Below are positions 1 through 9,378 of a stretch of DNA of 64,000 nt, one piece after another (position 1 is the first letter of the stretch; the number at the start of each line of letters is the position of its first letter). This DNA is from Nitrospinota bacterium. Lineage in GTDB: Bacteria > UBA8248. The position numbers and the translations under genes were made by a program. The notes below the pieces were generated by a model, which did no database searches, was not told the origin of the DNA, and was given only the letters and a program-made list of their open reading frames with translations. The stretch lies in contig JAYGFR010000031.1 of the NCBI GenBank assembly GCA_046581755.1, forward strand, positions 5,671 to 69,670, in the 5' to 3' direction.

Positions 1-321
1 GGGATGTTGACCGAAATGGGGAAATTCGCCGGCCTGCCCTGGGATTGCATTCTCTCATCCGAATTTTTCCGCCGTTATAAACCTGCCCCGGAGGTATACA
101 CCAGCGCCATCGAGCTGCTGGGATTGAAACCCGGTGAGGTCATGATGGTGGCTTCCCACAATTACGATCTCAGGGCCGCGCGCGCGTTGGGAATGAAAAC
201 GGGGTTTTTTGCACGCCCCACTCAATACGGCCCCGATCAGGCAGAGGACTTGGAAGCCGAGGAAGACTGGGACATCATCGCGGCCGGCCTGGAGGATTTG
301 GCTCAAAAGATGGGAACATAA
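1..321 (+). CDS. HAD-superfamily hydrolase (haloacid dehalogenase-like), C-terminal fragment; 5' end lies outside the window
   Basis: ORF 4..321 shows HAD-like C-terminal motifs (…VMMVASHNYDLRAARALGMKTGFF…). The reading frame is open to the window edge. Confidence 0.55.
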   Translation, partial: GMLTEMGKFAGLPWDCILSSEFFRRYKPAPEVYTSAIELLGLKPGEVMMVASHNYDLRAARALGMKTGFFARPTQYGPDQAEDLEAEEDWDIIAAGLEDLAQKMGT

Positions 322-331
322 GCCCTTCTTC

Positions 332-856
332 TCACCCCGGCACCTCGATTTCGCGGTCGGCGGCGCGGGCCATGAGGAAAATGAGGTCCGACAGGCGGTT
401 CACGAATATGAGCAAATCCGGGTTGCCGGTGAATCCCTCCTCCTGAAGGCGGACGCACCAGCGCTCGCCCCGGCGGAGGATCGTGGTGGCGAGGTCCAGC
501 GCCGCGCCCGGCCCCGACTCCCCCGAAATCACCCAATCGGTTATCTGGATGACTTTCTCGTAGCGGGCGATCTGCCCCTCGGCCCACCCGGCGTGCCCGG
601 GCCCCACGCGCTCCTTGAGGCGCGCCGCTTTTCCGCGCCGGGTCGCCAGCTCGCTCGAAACCAGGTAAAGGTCTTTTTGGATTTTGAGAATTTCGGGCTT
701 CATCCAGTCCGGCGCGAGCGCCCGCGCCAGCCCGAGCGCCGCCTTGGCCTCATCGAACGCGCCCAGCGCCTCGACCCGGTCCGAGCTCTTCGACGCCCGG
801 TCTCCGAACCAGAGATCCGTATCCCCGTCGTCGCCGCGCTTCGTCGTGATGGACAT
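332..856 (-). CDS. PduO-type ATP:cob(I)alamin adenosyltransferase
   Basis: 174-aa ORF. The N-terminus MSITTKRGDDGDTDLWFG is the hallmark of PduO/MMAB-type corrinoid adenosyltransferases. Confidence 0.8.
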   Translation of the reverse strand: MSITTKRGDDGDTDLWFGDRASKSSDRVEALGAFDEAKAALGLARALAPDWMKPEILKIQKDLYLVSSELATRRGKAARLKERVGPGHAGWAEGQIARYEKVIQITDWVISGESGPGAALDLATTILRRGERWCVRLQEEGFTGNPDLLIFVNRLSDLIFLMARAADREIEVPG

Positions 857-872
857 GGGCTGATCCTCCGCC

Positions 873-1934
873 CTAGAGCCGCTTGATGATGTCGTTCGCC
901 GCCTGGCGCGTGGTGGCGTCGCCGCCTAGATCGCCGGTGCGCCGCCCGCCAGCCAGATGCTCGCACACGGCCGTATCCACCCGCTTGGCCGCCCGCCCCT
1001 CGCCCAGATACTCGAGCATCATGGAGACGGCGAAAATCGTCGCGACCGGGTTGGCGATCCCTTTTCCCATGATGTCCGGGGCGGAGCCGTGGACGGGCTC
1101 GAAAAAGCCGGGATACCCGGCGTCCCCGGTGTTAGCACTCGGCGCGATGCCGAGGCCGCCGACGATGCCCGCGCCCAGGTCGGTCAGGATGTCGGCGAAC
1201 AGGTTACTCGCCACCACGACGTCAAAAATCTCGGGCCGCCGGACAAATTCGAGCGCGGCGGCATCGACGAGAAATTTTCCGGTCCCGATCTTCTTGTAGC
1301 GCGGCCGGGCCGCGATCTCATCGAATACCTCATCCCACAAAACGAGGGTGTAGCCCTGGGCGTTCGATTTGGTGATGTTGGTGACGTGCTTTTTCTTGCG
1401 CCCCAGGGCCGCCTCGAACGCCGCCGTGATGATCCGCTCGCAGCCCATGCGGGTGAAGATCACGTTCTGGATCGCCACCTCGGCGGGAAAGCCCTGGTAG
1501 TGCCGCCCCCCGGCAGGGCTGTACTCGCCCTCGGTGTTTTCCCGGAAACAGAGCATATCGATATCGCCGGGCCCGTATCCTTTGAGGGGGGATTCGAGTC
1601 CTTCAAGTAAAATGATCGGGCGCAGGTTGATATAGAGATCGAACGCCCGGCGGATGGGGAGAAGGAGCTGCTGAAGGGTGATGTGGTCGGGGATGTCCGG
1701 ACGCCCGACCGCACCGAGCAGGATGGTGTCGGCCTCGGCGAGTTTGTCGAGAAAGTTTTCGGGCGCCATGCGGCCCGTCTTGTGGTAGTAGTCGCTTCCC
1801 CAGGGATAGCGGGTGAAGTCGAACCGAAGGCCCCGCTGCCGCTTGGCGAGCGCCTTCAGCACCCGGACGCCTTCGTTGACCACTTCGGTGCCGATGCCGT
1901 CCCCGGGAAGGAGGGCGATTTTGTGACTGGCCAT
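873..1934 (-). CDS. Tartrate dehydrogenase / 3-isopropylmalate-isocitrate dehydrogenase family oxidative decarboxylase
   Basis: 353-aa ORF. It has the KIALLPGDGIGTEV N-terminus and the conserved isocitrate/isopropylmalate-DH core (NLRP, GSAPDI). Confidence 0.75.
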   Translation of the reverse strand: MASHKIALLPGDGIGTEVVNEGVRVLKALAKRQRGLRFDFTRYPWGSDYYHKTGRMAPENFLDKLAEADTILLGAVGRPDIPDHITLQQLLLPIRRAFDLYINLRPIILLEGLESPLKGYGPGDIDMLCFRENTEGEYSPAGGRHYQGFPAEVAIQNVIFTRMGCERIITAAFEAALGRKKKHVTNITKSNAQGYTLVLWDEVFDEIAARPRYKKIGTGKFLVDAAALEFVRRPEIFDVVVASNLFADILTDLGAGIVGGLGIAPSANTGDAGYPGFFEPVHGSAPDIMGKGIANPVATIFAVSMMLEYLGEGRAAKRVDTAVCEHLAGGRRTGDLGGDATTRQAANDIIKRL

Positions 1935-1989
1935 GGATTTCCTCGCTCGTAGGGCATCCGGGGCGGCCCCGGATGCGGAATAAAACCGG

Positions 1990-3573
1990 CTAAAGCCCCA
2001 GGTTGATCAGATACTCCACCGGGGCGTATTCGTCCGTCATGACAAGTCCATAGGCGCGCTTGGGCGGCGGCGGCACGCGCGCTTGGGCGGCGAATCGAAG
2101 GGCGGGGTCCGACTCCAGCCGCGCGAGAAACTTCCGGCGGTGGGCGGGGTCGCGGTCGCGGAACGCGAGCAGGAGAACGTTCTGCGCATAGGCGGGCAGG
2201 TTCGGATCCGTGCTGAACACCCAGACATCGGGAAACACCGCCGCCATCGTCCGGTAGACCGAAGTGTACAGCACCCCCCCCGGGCCCGTGCGCTTGGAGA
2301 TGAGGTTGAGCAGCATCGCTCCGCCCGGGGCGAGCCGGGCCCGCGCCTCCTCGAAAAATTCGCGCGTCACCAGATGGGAGGGGATGTTCCGCAGGCCCCG
2401 GTAGGCGTCGCCGACGATGAAATCCCACTTGCCCTTCGCGCTCCGGAGGGTGCGCCGGCCGTCTCCGGTGACGGTTTTGATCTTGGGATAGCGCCCGAGG
2501 CGGAAAAACTTCCGCCCGGCGGCCACGACGTCCGAATCCAGTTCGGCGACAACAATCTCGGCCCCGGGCAGCATCAGATGAAGCACCTTGGGCATCGTGA
2601 AAGCGCCGCCGCCGATGAAAAACATCCGCCGAATACGGGGGACCGCCGCCGGGCCCAGGGCGAGAAACTTGGTGTACTCGAAAAAGGTGGACCGGTCGTC
2701 GCCGATCACCATGGCCCCCTCGGGCTGGTAGTCCAGGTAGAGCTGGCGGACGCGCTTGCCCTCCCGGTCTCCTTCGATCACCCGGAGGGTGTGGTACATA
2801 TTCTCCTTGAAAAAAATTGTTTCCTTTGTCGGGCCGGGGGGGCGGGGTGTCCACGCCGCGCCGGCGAGGAGGCAAACGCCGGTAAAGATCAGAACCCTCC
2901 GCACGCTTCGGGAGCCCGCATCTTTCAATCCCGACAGCTTTCCCGAAACCAGGTAGAGCCCGCCGACGGCGGAGGCGGCCAGGGCAATCGCCGTAGCCAA
3001 AAAGATGGCGTTCAGCCCGAAGGCGGGTATCAGAACATATCCGGTGATGAAGGTGCCGAAGATGCTTCCGGCGGTGGACCAGGTGAACAGGTTTCCGGTC
3101 ACCCGGCCCAGCGTCGCGTCCCCCCGCGATGAAAGTTTCACGGCGTAGGGGGTGAGCGCGGCGAGGACGCACGCGGGCGCGGCGAAAAGCAACAGGCCGC
3201 CGAATATGGGGCCCGATCGGATGCTCAAGCCTTTTTCGAGCGTGGGCAGAAACGCCGCCCGGAGAACGGGGACCAGCGCCACCAGCCCGGCGCCCGCGAC
3301 CATGATCAGAAAAAACCGGTGCGCGCTCGGGTCGCGGTCGGCCATCCGGCCGCCGATGGCGTATCCCACCGACAGGGCAGCGAGGATGATCCCGATCATG
3401 CTTGTCCAGGTGTAGAGGGTGTTCCCGAAATGGGGGGCGAGCACGCGCCCGGCCGCAATTTCAATCACCAGGATCGACCCGCCCGACAGGAACACCGAAA
3501 AATAAAGATACCATCCCGAGAGCGCCCCTCTTCCATCTCCCGGCGCCGCGCCGGATGCTGCGGTTTTTGCCAT
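1990..3573 (-). CDS. Fused polytopic membrane domain plus spermidine-synthase-like (aminopropyltransferase-fold) protein
   Basis: The track ORF 1990..4518 carries a long, implausible N-terminal extension. The realistic start is Met316 (ATG at 3573-3571, minus strand), directly preceded by GGGAGAA. This gives about 527 aa with N-terminal TM helices and a C-terminal spermidine synthase-like domain (DYQPEGAMVIGDD…IGGGAFTMP…VAELD). Confidence 0.6.
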   Translation of the reverse strand: MAKTAASGAAPGDGRGALSGWYLYFSVFLSGGSILVIEIAAGRVLAPHFGNTLYTWTSMIGIILAALSVGYAIGGRMADRDPSAHRFFLIMVAGAGLVALVPVLRAAFLPTLEKGLSIRSGPIFGGLLLFAAPACVLAALTPYAVKLSSRGDATLGRVTGNLFTWSTAGSIFGTFITGYVLIPAFGLNAIFLATAIALAASAVGGLYLVSGKLSGLKDAGSRSVRRVLIFTGVCLLAGAAWTPRPPGPTKETIFFKENMYHTLRVIEGDREGKRVRQLYLDYQPEGAMVIGDDRSTFFEYTKFLALGPAAVPRIRRMFFIGGGAFTMPKVLHLMLPGAEIVVAELDSDVVAAGRKFFRLGRYPKIKTVTGDGRRTLRSAKGKWDFIVGDAYRGLRNIPSHLVTREFFEEARARLAPGGAMLLNLISKRTGPGGVLYTSVYRTMAAVFPDVWVFSTDPNLPAYAQNVLLLAFRDRDPAHRRKFLARLESDPALRFAAQARVPPPPKRAYGLVMTDEYAPVEYLINLGL

Positions 3574-3717
3574 TTCTCCCTCAATTGACGGTGTTGAGCG
3601 TCCGCACTTTATGGTAGCGCGCGCGGGCAGGCAACCGGGAGCGCGCCTCCCTGGATTTTTCGGGTTCAATGCCGCATAAATACACTGCACCCGAAAAACC
3701 CTGCAAGGGAGTGTCCC

Positions 3718-4413
3718 GTGTCGCCCGTGAAAGACAAAATCTATCCCGGCTCGGCCGCCGCCGTCGCCGGAATCCCCGACGGGGCGACGATCCTCCTCGG
3801 CGGATTCGGCGGGGTGGGGGTTCCCGAAAACCTCCTCGCCGCGATGGCGGACCATCCCGCCCGGGAGCTGACCATCGTCAGCAACCACGCCGGTTTCGGG
3901 GAGCGCGGCCTGGCCGTCCTCTTCCGGCAGAGGAAGGTGCGCAAGCTGATCTGCACCTACGCCTTCCACCCGACCGCCTTCGTCTTCCGCGAAATATACA
4001 TGGCCGGGGAGATCGAACTGGAGCAAATACCCCAGGGAACGATGGCCGAGCGAATCCGGGCGGCGGGGGCGGGCATTCCGGCCTTCTACACCCCCACCGG
4101 AGCGGGGACCCAGGCGGCCGAGGGAAAAGAGACCCGCCTCTTCGGCGGACGCGAGGCCATCCTCGAGCTCGCCCTCCCCGGCGATGTCGCCATCGTCAAG
4201 GCCCGCCGGGCGGACCGGATGGGCAACCTCACCTACCGGGGAACGGCGGCCAACTTCAACCCGGTCATGGCGGCGGCGGCGCGCCTCACCCTCGTCGAGA
4301 CCGAAATCATTGTGGAGCCGGGCGAAATCGCACCCGAGAACGTCCACACCCCGAGCGTCTACGTCGATAGAGTCGTCCTGGGAGAAGACCTTGAACTCCG
4401 ATCCGAAGCTTGA
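3718..4413 (+). CDS. scoA: 3-oxoacid CoA-transferase subunit A
   Basis: 231 aa with typical ScoA/AtoD sequence (…GGFGGVGVPENL…RKLICTYAFHP…). Confidence 0.85.
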   Translation: MSPVKDKIYPGSAAAVAGIPDGATILLGGFGGVGVPENLLAAMADHPARELTIVSNHAGFGERGLAVLFRQRKVRKLICTYAFHPTAFVFREIYMAGEIELEQIPQGTMAERIRAAGAGIPAFYTPTGAGTQAAEGKETRLFGGREAILELALPGDVAIVKARRADRMGNLTYRGTAANFNPVMAAAARLTLVETEIIVEPGEIAPENVHTPSVYVDRVVLGEDLELRSEA

Positions 4414-5086
4414 GGCCGCCGCCCTGCGGCCGGGCGATATTGCGCGCCGCGTGGCCCGGGAGGTTCCCGGCGGGACGGTGGTGAACCTGGGGATCGGCAT
4501 CCCGACACAGGTGGCCAATTATGTCGAGACCGGGCGCGGGGTTATGTTCATGGCCGAAAACGGCATCCTGGGCATCGGCCCGAGGCCCGCCCCCGGCAAG
4601 GAGGATCGGGACCTTATCAACGCCTCGCGCGAGCCCGTCACCGCGATTCCGGGCGCCTCGTTTTTCGGGCACGCCGATTCGTTCGCGATGATCCGGGGGG
4701 GACACGTGGACATCGCTGTCCTCGGCGCGCTCCAGGTGTCCGCCCGGGGAGACCTGGCGAACTGGACCGTGCCCGGCGCCGGAAAAGGCGGCATCGGCGG
4801 GGCAATGGACCTCGCCACCGGTGCCGGGGAGGTCTTCGCCATCATGACCCACCTCATGAAGGACGGGGGCCTCAAGCTGCTCGACGAATGCACCTATCCG
4901 CTCACGGCGGCCGGGGTCGTGACCAAACTTTTCACCGACATCGCCTTCATCGAGTTCACCGGAGATGCCCCCCTTCTCCGGGAGGTGGCGGCGGGACTCG
5001 ATGCCGAAGACATCCAGCGCGTAAGCGGGCCCCGGCTCCGGGTGGCCGATACGCTTGGAACCCTCGAGCGGGAACCGGAGGCATGA
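4391..5086 (+). CDS. scoB: 3-oxoacid CoA-transferase subunit B
   Basis: Carries the ScoB/AtoA core (GTVVNLGIGIPT…ENGILGIGP…). The proposed start is an in-frame TTG at 4391 preceded by GGAGAAG. It overlaps the scoA stop by 23 nt. The exact start is uncertain. Confidence 0.75.
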   Translation: MNSDPKLEAAALRPGDIARRVAREVPGGTVVNLGIGIPTQVANYVETGRGVMFMAENGILGIGPRPAPGKEDRDLINASREPVTAIPGASFFGHADSFAMIRGGHVDIAVLGALQVSARGDLANWTVPGAGKGGIGGAMDLATGAGEVFAIMTHLMKDGGLKLLDECTYPLTAAGVVTKLFTDIAFIEFTGDAPLLREVAAGLDAEDIQRVSGPRLRVADTLGTLEREPEA

Positions 5087-6324
5087 TCCGCGCGGGAGCG
5101 GGGATTTCGGGCGCGCGCGGATCGCGCGAGGCCGCCGAGGGGGCCGTCGGCGATGCGATGGATATGGCTGGAATCGGCCGGGCGGACCTTGTTTTTCTTT
5201 TTGTGACCTCTGAGCACCTGGAGGATTGGCCCCGGATCGCCCGCGCCGCCCGTGAGCGTTCCGGCGGGGCGCGGGTGGTCGGCTGCACGGGTTACGGGGT
5301 CCTGACTGCGGAGGCCGAGATCGAAGGCGAGACCGGGGCCGCCGCGCTGGCCATCGGCGGGGAAGGCTTTGCCGCCGCGCCGTTTCTCGCCGGGGGGCTG
5401 GGCCGCGATCCGCTCGAATGCGGAAGAGAAGCCGGCCGCCAGGCCCGCGAGGGGCTGGGCGCGGCGTTTCGAGGAGAAGGGCCGCCGGCCGCCGTCATTC
5501 TTCCGGATTCCTACAACCTCCGCGCCGGGGAGCTTTTCAGGGGCCTCCACGAGGAGCTGGGCGAGGATGCCATCATCGTGGGCGGAGGCGCCGCGGAGAA
5601 CGGCCGGCTCGGGCGAACGTTTCAGTTTCTGGACGAGGAGATGAAAACCGACGCCGTGGCCGGAGCGGTTTTTCCCTGGAGCCCCACCCGCTTCATCGGC
5701 ATCACCCAGGCCTACCAGCCCGATGGGGAGCCCATGGCGGTGACCCGCGCCGAGGAGAACATCATCTTCGAGATCTCGGGCCGGCCCGCCTACGAGGTAT
5801 TCGCCGAGGCGGCGGGCGAGGCGTTGATGCAAAACCCACGCACCGCCGCGGTCCATGTGTTCGTCGGCCTGCCCGGAGACCCGGACTCGGTCGTGCTGGA
5901 TCACGGAAACTATATCGTGCGCCCGGTCGTCGGGCTCGATCCCGGAAAAGGGCTCATTGCCCTGCCCGAGAAAATCTCCGTCGGCCAAGCGATCACCTTC
6001 ACGCGCCGCGACGGCCCCAGGGCCCGCGCCGACCTCGAAACCATGCTCTCGAAGGCCAAGGAGCGGTTCGCTACGGAGAATCTAGCCGACGCAGCCGATT
6101 TCGCCCTCTACTTCAACTGCTCCGGGCGGGGCGCCTCGCTCTACGGAGAGAGCGGCGTGGACTCCGCGGCCATCCGCCGGGAAGCGCCCGGCCTTCCGGT
6201 GGCGGGATTTTTCACCGGCTCGGAGATCGCGCCCATCGGCACGGAAGATCATTTGCATCAGTTTTCGGGTGTATTGATGATACTGGGTGGAGACCATCCG
6301 CCCATGTCCCAGGAGGATATATGA
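5083..6324 (+). CDS. FIST-domain (putative ligand-sensing) protein
   Basis: The start was re-set to the internal ATG at 5083, which forms an ATGA overlap with the scoB stop. 413 aa. The composition matches FIST_N plus FIST_C (…FFTGSEIAPIG…). This is a family-level call from memory. Confidence 0.5.
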   Translation: MIRAGAGISGARGSREAAEGAVGDAMDMAGIGRADLVFLFVTSEHLEDWPRIARAARERSGGARVVGCTGYGVLTAEAEIEGETGAAALAIGGEGFAAAPFLAGGLGRDPLECGREAGRQAREGLGAAFRGEGPPAAVILPDSYNLRAGELFRGLHEELGEDAIIVGGGAAENGRLGRTFQFLDEEMKTDAVAGAVFPWSPTRFIGITQAYQPDGEPMAVTRAEENIIFEISGRPAYEVFAEAAGEALMQNPRTAAVHVFVGLPGDPDSVVLDHGNYIVRPVVGLDPGKGLIALPEKISVGQAITFTRRDGPRARADLETMLSKAKERFATENLADAADFALYFNCSGRGASLYGESGVDSAAIRREAPGLPVAGFFTGSEIAPIGTEDHLHQFSGVLMILGGDHPPMSQEDI

Positions 6325-6749
6325 ACTACAGCATCGGAAACATTTTCGTCACGACGGTTCACGTTATCAGCGCCATTCTCGCCGTGGGCGGGGTGGCATT
6401 TTTCCGGTTTGTCGCGCTTCCCTACGCCGAAGGTCTTCCCGATGAGGAGCGGCAGCGCTGCATGCAGGCCCTTCGAGCGAAATTCGTTCCCTTTCTGCAC
6501 GGCTCGTTTCTCATGCTCTTCCTCACCGGAATTCACCACATCACCCGGCTCATCCGCTCGGGAATGACCATTCCGGGAATCCTCGTTCTCAAGATCGCTC
6601 TAGCCCTGATCATTATTTTTATCGGCGTCGCCCTCACCTGGCGGACGGGCTTCGAGGGCATGAAGGCGAACCGGAAGACCTATCTGACGATCAACCTCGC
6701 ACTCGCCGTGATCGTCGTCTTCCTGGGAATCTGGGTGACGCACGGGTAG
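6321..6749 (+). CDS. Small integral membrane protein, 4 predicted TM helices
   Basis: The start ATG at 6321 forms an ATGA overlap with the FIST stop. An AGGAGGA RBS lies at 6311-6317. 142 aa, hydrophobic. Confidence 0.5.
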   Translation: MNYSIGNIFVTTVHVISAILAVGGVAFFRFVALPYAEGLPDEERQRCMQALRAKFVPFLHGSFLMLFLTGIHHITRLIRSGMTIPGILVLKIALALIIIFIGVALTWRTGFEGMKANRKTYLTINLALAVIVVFLGIWVTHG

Positions 6750-6823
6750 GCGGCCGCGCTCCGATGTCTCTCGGGGAGATGTCTCTCGGAGAGAGGATGC
6801 GGTTCCGGACGAGGGAGACGCTC

Positions 6824-6852
6824 CCAGCCCCTTCGGCGGGGCTGGTATTTCT
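6824..6852 (+). terminator. Rho-independent terminator closing the scoA-scoB-FIST-membrane operon
   Basis: An 8-bp GC-rich stem (CCAGCCCC / GGGGCTGG) with a 6-nt loop, followed by a T-rich TATTTCT tail. Confidence 0.5.
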
Positions 6853-6905
6853 CCAGAAAGGCAATCAGGTTCTTCCGCTGCCCGCCCAGTGCGGCGGAAC
6901 CGGAA

Positions 6906-7559
6906 TCAGCGGACCCGGTTCTCCGGCCCGCGGCCCCGGAAGAGGTCGATAAACGCCGCCGCCGCCGCCCGGTCGAATTCGGCCAGGGTGAGGCGCTTCG
7001 TCCAGGCGGTCAGGACTATCGATTTCCCGATTCCGGCCATCGGCGTGGCGACGACCCCGGACCAAGGCCCCGAATAGAGCGCGATCCAGGAGCGCAAGGC
7101 CTCCATCGCTCCATCTCCGGGTTTATCGTAGTAGATGACGATGTTGCCGTGCTCGATCGCGTGCACCAGCTTCTCGGGGCGCTGGCGCGAGGTGTAGAAA
7201 CCCGGTCTCGTCCCGACAGAATCATGCGGCCCGGAGGTGGGATAGATGCTGGGGTAGCTGGCGTATCGGCCCGCCCGAAGGTGGCCGCCGCCCCGGGTGG
7301 GGATGGTTTTTATCCGCGACTGAATCGATTTGCCCACCGCCGCCGATTTCAAAAAAGCCCGCTCTTCTCCCCCTGAATTCAACCAATAATACGCGCCGCC
7401 GGCCACGGCCAAAACAACCGCCGCCAGGGCGATGAGATTTCCTGTTCCACCCTTTTTGTTATCCTGTTCCTTGCGGGATTTCTTTCCCTTTTGTTTCGGC
7501 TTTGATTTGGACTTGGGCACGCTGTCGCTCCCGGCGTTTCGATTTGAAGATCGCGGCAA
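6906..7559 (-). CDS. DUF3105-like protein with a Lys-rich N-terminus and one TM helix
   Basis: 217 aa. The C-terminal part (…HAIEHGNIVIYYDKPG…) resembles DUF3105. Confidence 0.4.
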   Translation of the reverse strand: MPRSSNRNAGSDSVPKSKSKPKQKGKKSRKEQDNKKGGTGNLIALAAVVLAVAGGAYYWLNSGGEERAFLKSAAVGKSIQSRIKTIPTRGGGHLRAGRYASYPSIYPTSGPHDSVGTRPGFYTSRQRPEKLVHAIEHGNIVIYYDKPGDGAMEALRSWIALYSGPWSGVVATPMAGIGKSIVLTAWTKRLTLAEFDRAAAAAFIDLFRGRGPENRVR

Positions 7560-7631
7560 TGAAAACAGATCTGATTCGTCCAGCGGATATACACGAGCGC
7601 CCCCTCCGGCGCCAAGCCGGTGGAGTGAACC

Positions 7632-8891
7632 CTATCCGCTTCCGACCGATCGGCCTCCTTGAGAGGGGCCGACCCCCAGCTTTTTCAGGCCATCCTCAAG
7701 GGCGTCCAGCGCCCGGTCGATCTGCCCTTCGGTGTGGGTAGCCATGAGGGTCGCCCGCAGGCGGCTCGTCCCCTCGGGGACCGTGGGCGGCCGGATGGCC
7801 AGCATCAAAAACCCGGCCGTGAGCATGTGGTCGGCCAGGGCGAGGGCACTCCTCGCGTCGCCGACGACGATCGGAAAAATCGGCACTTCCGCCCCACTGA
7901 CGAGAGCAGGCATCTCGAAGCCGATTCGCTCCAGGCCGGCGCGGAATCTCCGGCAAAGGGCGGCCAGGCATTTCCGCCGCTTTTCCCCCTCTTCACCCGA
8001 GGCCAGTTCGAGGGCGGCGCCGGCGGAGACCACCAAGGCGGGCGGAAGGGCCGTGGAGTAGATGAACGATCTGGCGTGGTTCACCAGATAATTTATTACA
8101 TCGGTGTCCGAGCAGGCGAAGGCGCCGTAGGAAGCCAGGGATTTCCCGAGCGTCCCCATGGAGACGCCGACGCGATCCTGGACACCGAAATGCGCCGCCG
8201 CGCCCCTGCCCGAGGGCCCCAGTATGCCGGTTGCATGGGCCTCGTCCACGAGGAGGAGCGCATCGTGCCGATCTGCAAGGGAGGCCATTTCGTCCAGCGG
8301 AGCCAGATCGCCATCCATGCTGAATACGCCATCCACCGCGATGAGCCGCTGGCGGGCGCCCCTGGCGCGCCGGAGCCCATCCTCGAGCGCGTTCAAATCA
8401 CCGTGGGCAAAGACGTACACCTTGGCCCGGCTCAGGCGGCAGCCGTCCACGATGCTGGCATGGTTGAGGGCGTCGCTGAATACGGCGTCCCCCTCCCCGG
8501 CCAGGGAGGAGATGAGGCCCGTGTTCGCCAGAAACCCGGAACCGAAAAGAATCGAGGCGTCTTTTTTCTTGAAGCGGGCAAGCGCCTTGGAGAGTTTTTC
8601 GTGAGGCTCCATGTAGCCCGAAATCAGAGGGCTCGCGCCGGCGCCGGAGCCCCACCGGTGCGCGGCCTCTGCCGCGCAGGCGGCCACCAGGGGATGATCG
8701 GCCAGGCCCAGGTAGTTGTTCCCGGCGAGATGGACGGCCTCGAATCCCTCGACCCGGACAACAGGGGCCTGCACCCCGGAGATCACCCGGAGCCTGCGGC
8801 GCAGACTCCGGCTGGAAAGGGAGCGCAAATCGGCCCGAATCGAATCGCGCCAACTCGAAGCCGCTGTCTGGATTGAGTCGCTCTCGGCCAT
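7632..8891 (-). CDS. bioF: 8-amino-7-oxononanoate synthase / class-II aminotransferase family (BioF-like)
   Basis: 419 aa. It has the PLP-lysine region (…VFSMDGDLAPL…) and a glycine-rich N-terminal motif typical of the AONS/KBL family. Confidence 0.75.
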   Translation of the reverse strand: MAESDSIQTAASSWRDSIRADLRSLSSRSLRRRLRVISGVQAPVVRVEGFEAVHLAGNNYLGLADHPLVAACAAEAAHRWGSGAGASPLISGYMEPHEKLSKALARFKKKDASILFGSGFLANTGLISSLAGEGDAVFSDALNHASIVDGCRLSRAKVYVFAHGDLNALEDGLRRARGARQRLIAVDGVFSMDGDLAPLDEMASLADRHDALLLVDEAHATGILGPSGRGAAAHFGVQDRVGVSMGTLGKSLASYGAFACSDTDVINYLVNHARSFIYSTALPPALVVSAGAALELASGEEGEKRRKCLAALCRRFRAGLERIGFEMPALVSGAEVPIFPIVVGDARSALALADHMLTAGFLMLAIRPPTVPEGTSRLRATLMATHTEGQIDRALDALEDGLKKLGVGPSQGGRSVGSG

Positions 8892-9378
8892 GTCCCGATT
8901 TTAGGGATTGGCGGCCCCGGTGAAAAGGGCCGGGTCAAACAGACGGAGTTTCGGCCTCAGCGGGACCGGGGGGGGGAGGTTCCGCTTCGTTTCTTGCCTG
9001 GATTCACGCTCTTTTTCTCTTTTTTTGTCTTTTTCCGTAAAAAGGACGCATCCATTTCGTGCGCGGGAGCGGTTTTTTACGCTTAATAGAGCCGTCAGTA
9101 TCATTTTCCACCCCCTCCATGTTGTGGGCATTGCCGCTCATTGGGCTGCTTTGGTGCCGCATCGCCCTGATTTCATTATGTCTCCTTGCCGCTGCGGGAG
9201 AGGGGTCTCCCGTTACCCGGAAGATATGACCCATCTCCTATTTACTTGCCCGGGAATGAAAAAAGTGGCATTTTGATGTGGTTTTTTGCCGGATTTTCTT
9301 CAAACCGGAATCTGGCGGGAATTTGAGATACCATGAAAGCGGGACCAGAGCTTTTCCACGCCCGCACTGAGGGCATGG

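Noticed and set aside
2083-6085. Long antisense or alternate-frame ORFs (for example 2083..3132 +, 1856..3172 -, 4894..5988 -, 5418..6300 +, 3669..4370 +).
   Set aside because: These are typical stop-codon-poor shadow ORFs of high-GC DNA, with Arg/Pro/Gly-rich low-complexity translations. Each overlaps a gene with clear family similarity in another frame or strand.
9230-9378. Fluoride riboswitch (crcB RNA motif) expected upstream of crcB.
   Set aside because: I scanned the 487-bp bioF/crcB divergent region for the motif's conserved GGCGATGG…GTTCGCC…CTGATGATGCCTAC blocks. The only partial match (GGGCATGGATGTTCGAC) overlaps the crcB start codon itself, so it cannot be a leader element. No convincing riboswitch was seen by eye. 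A covariance-model search is still worthwhile.
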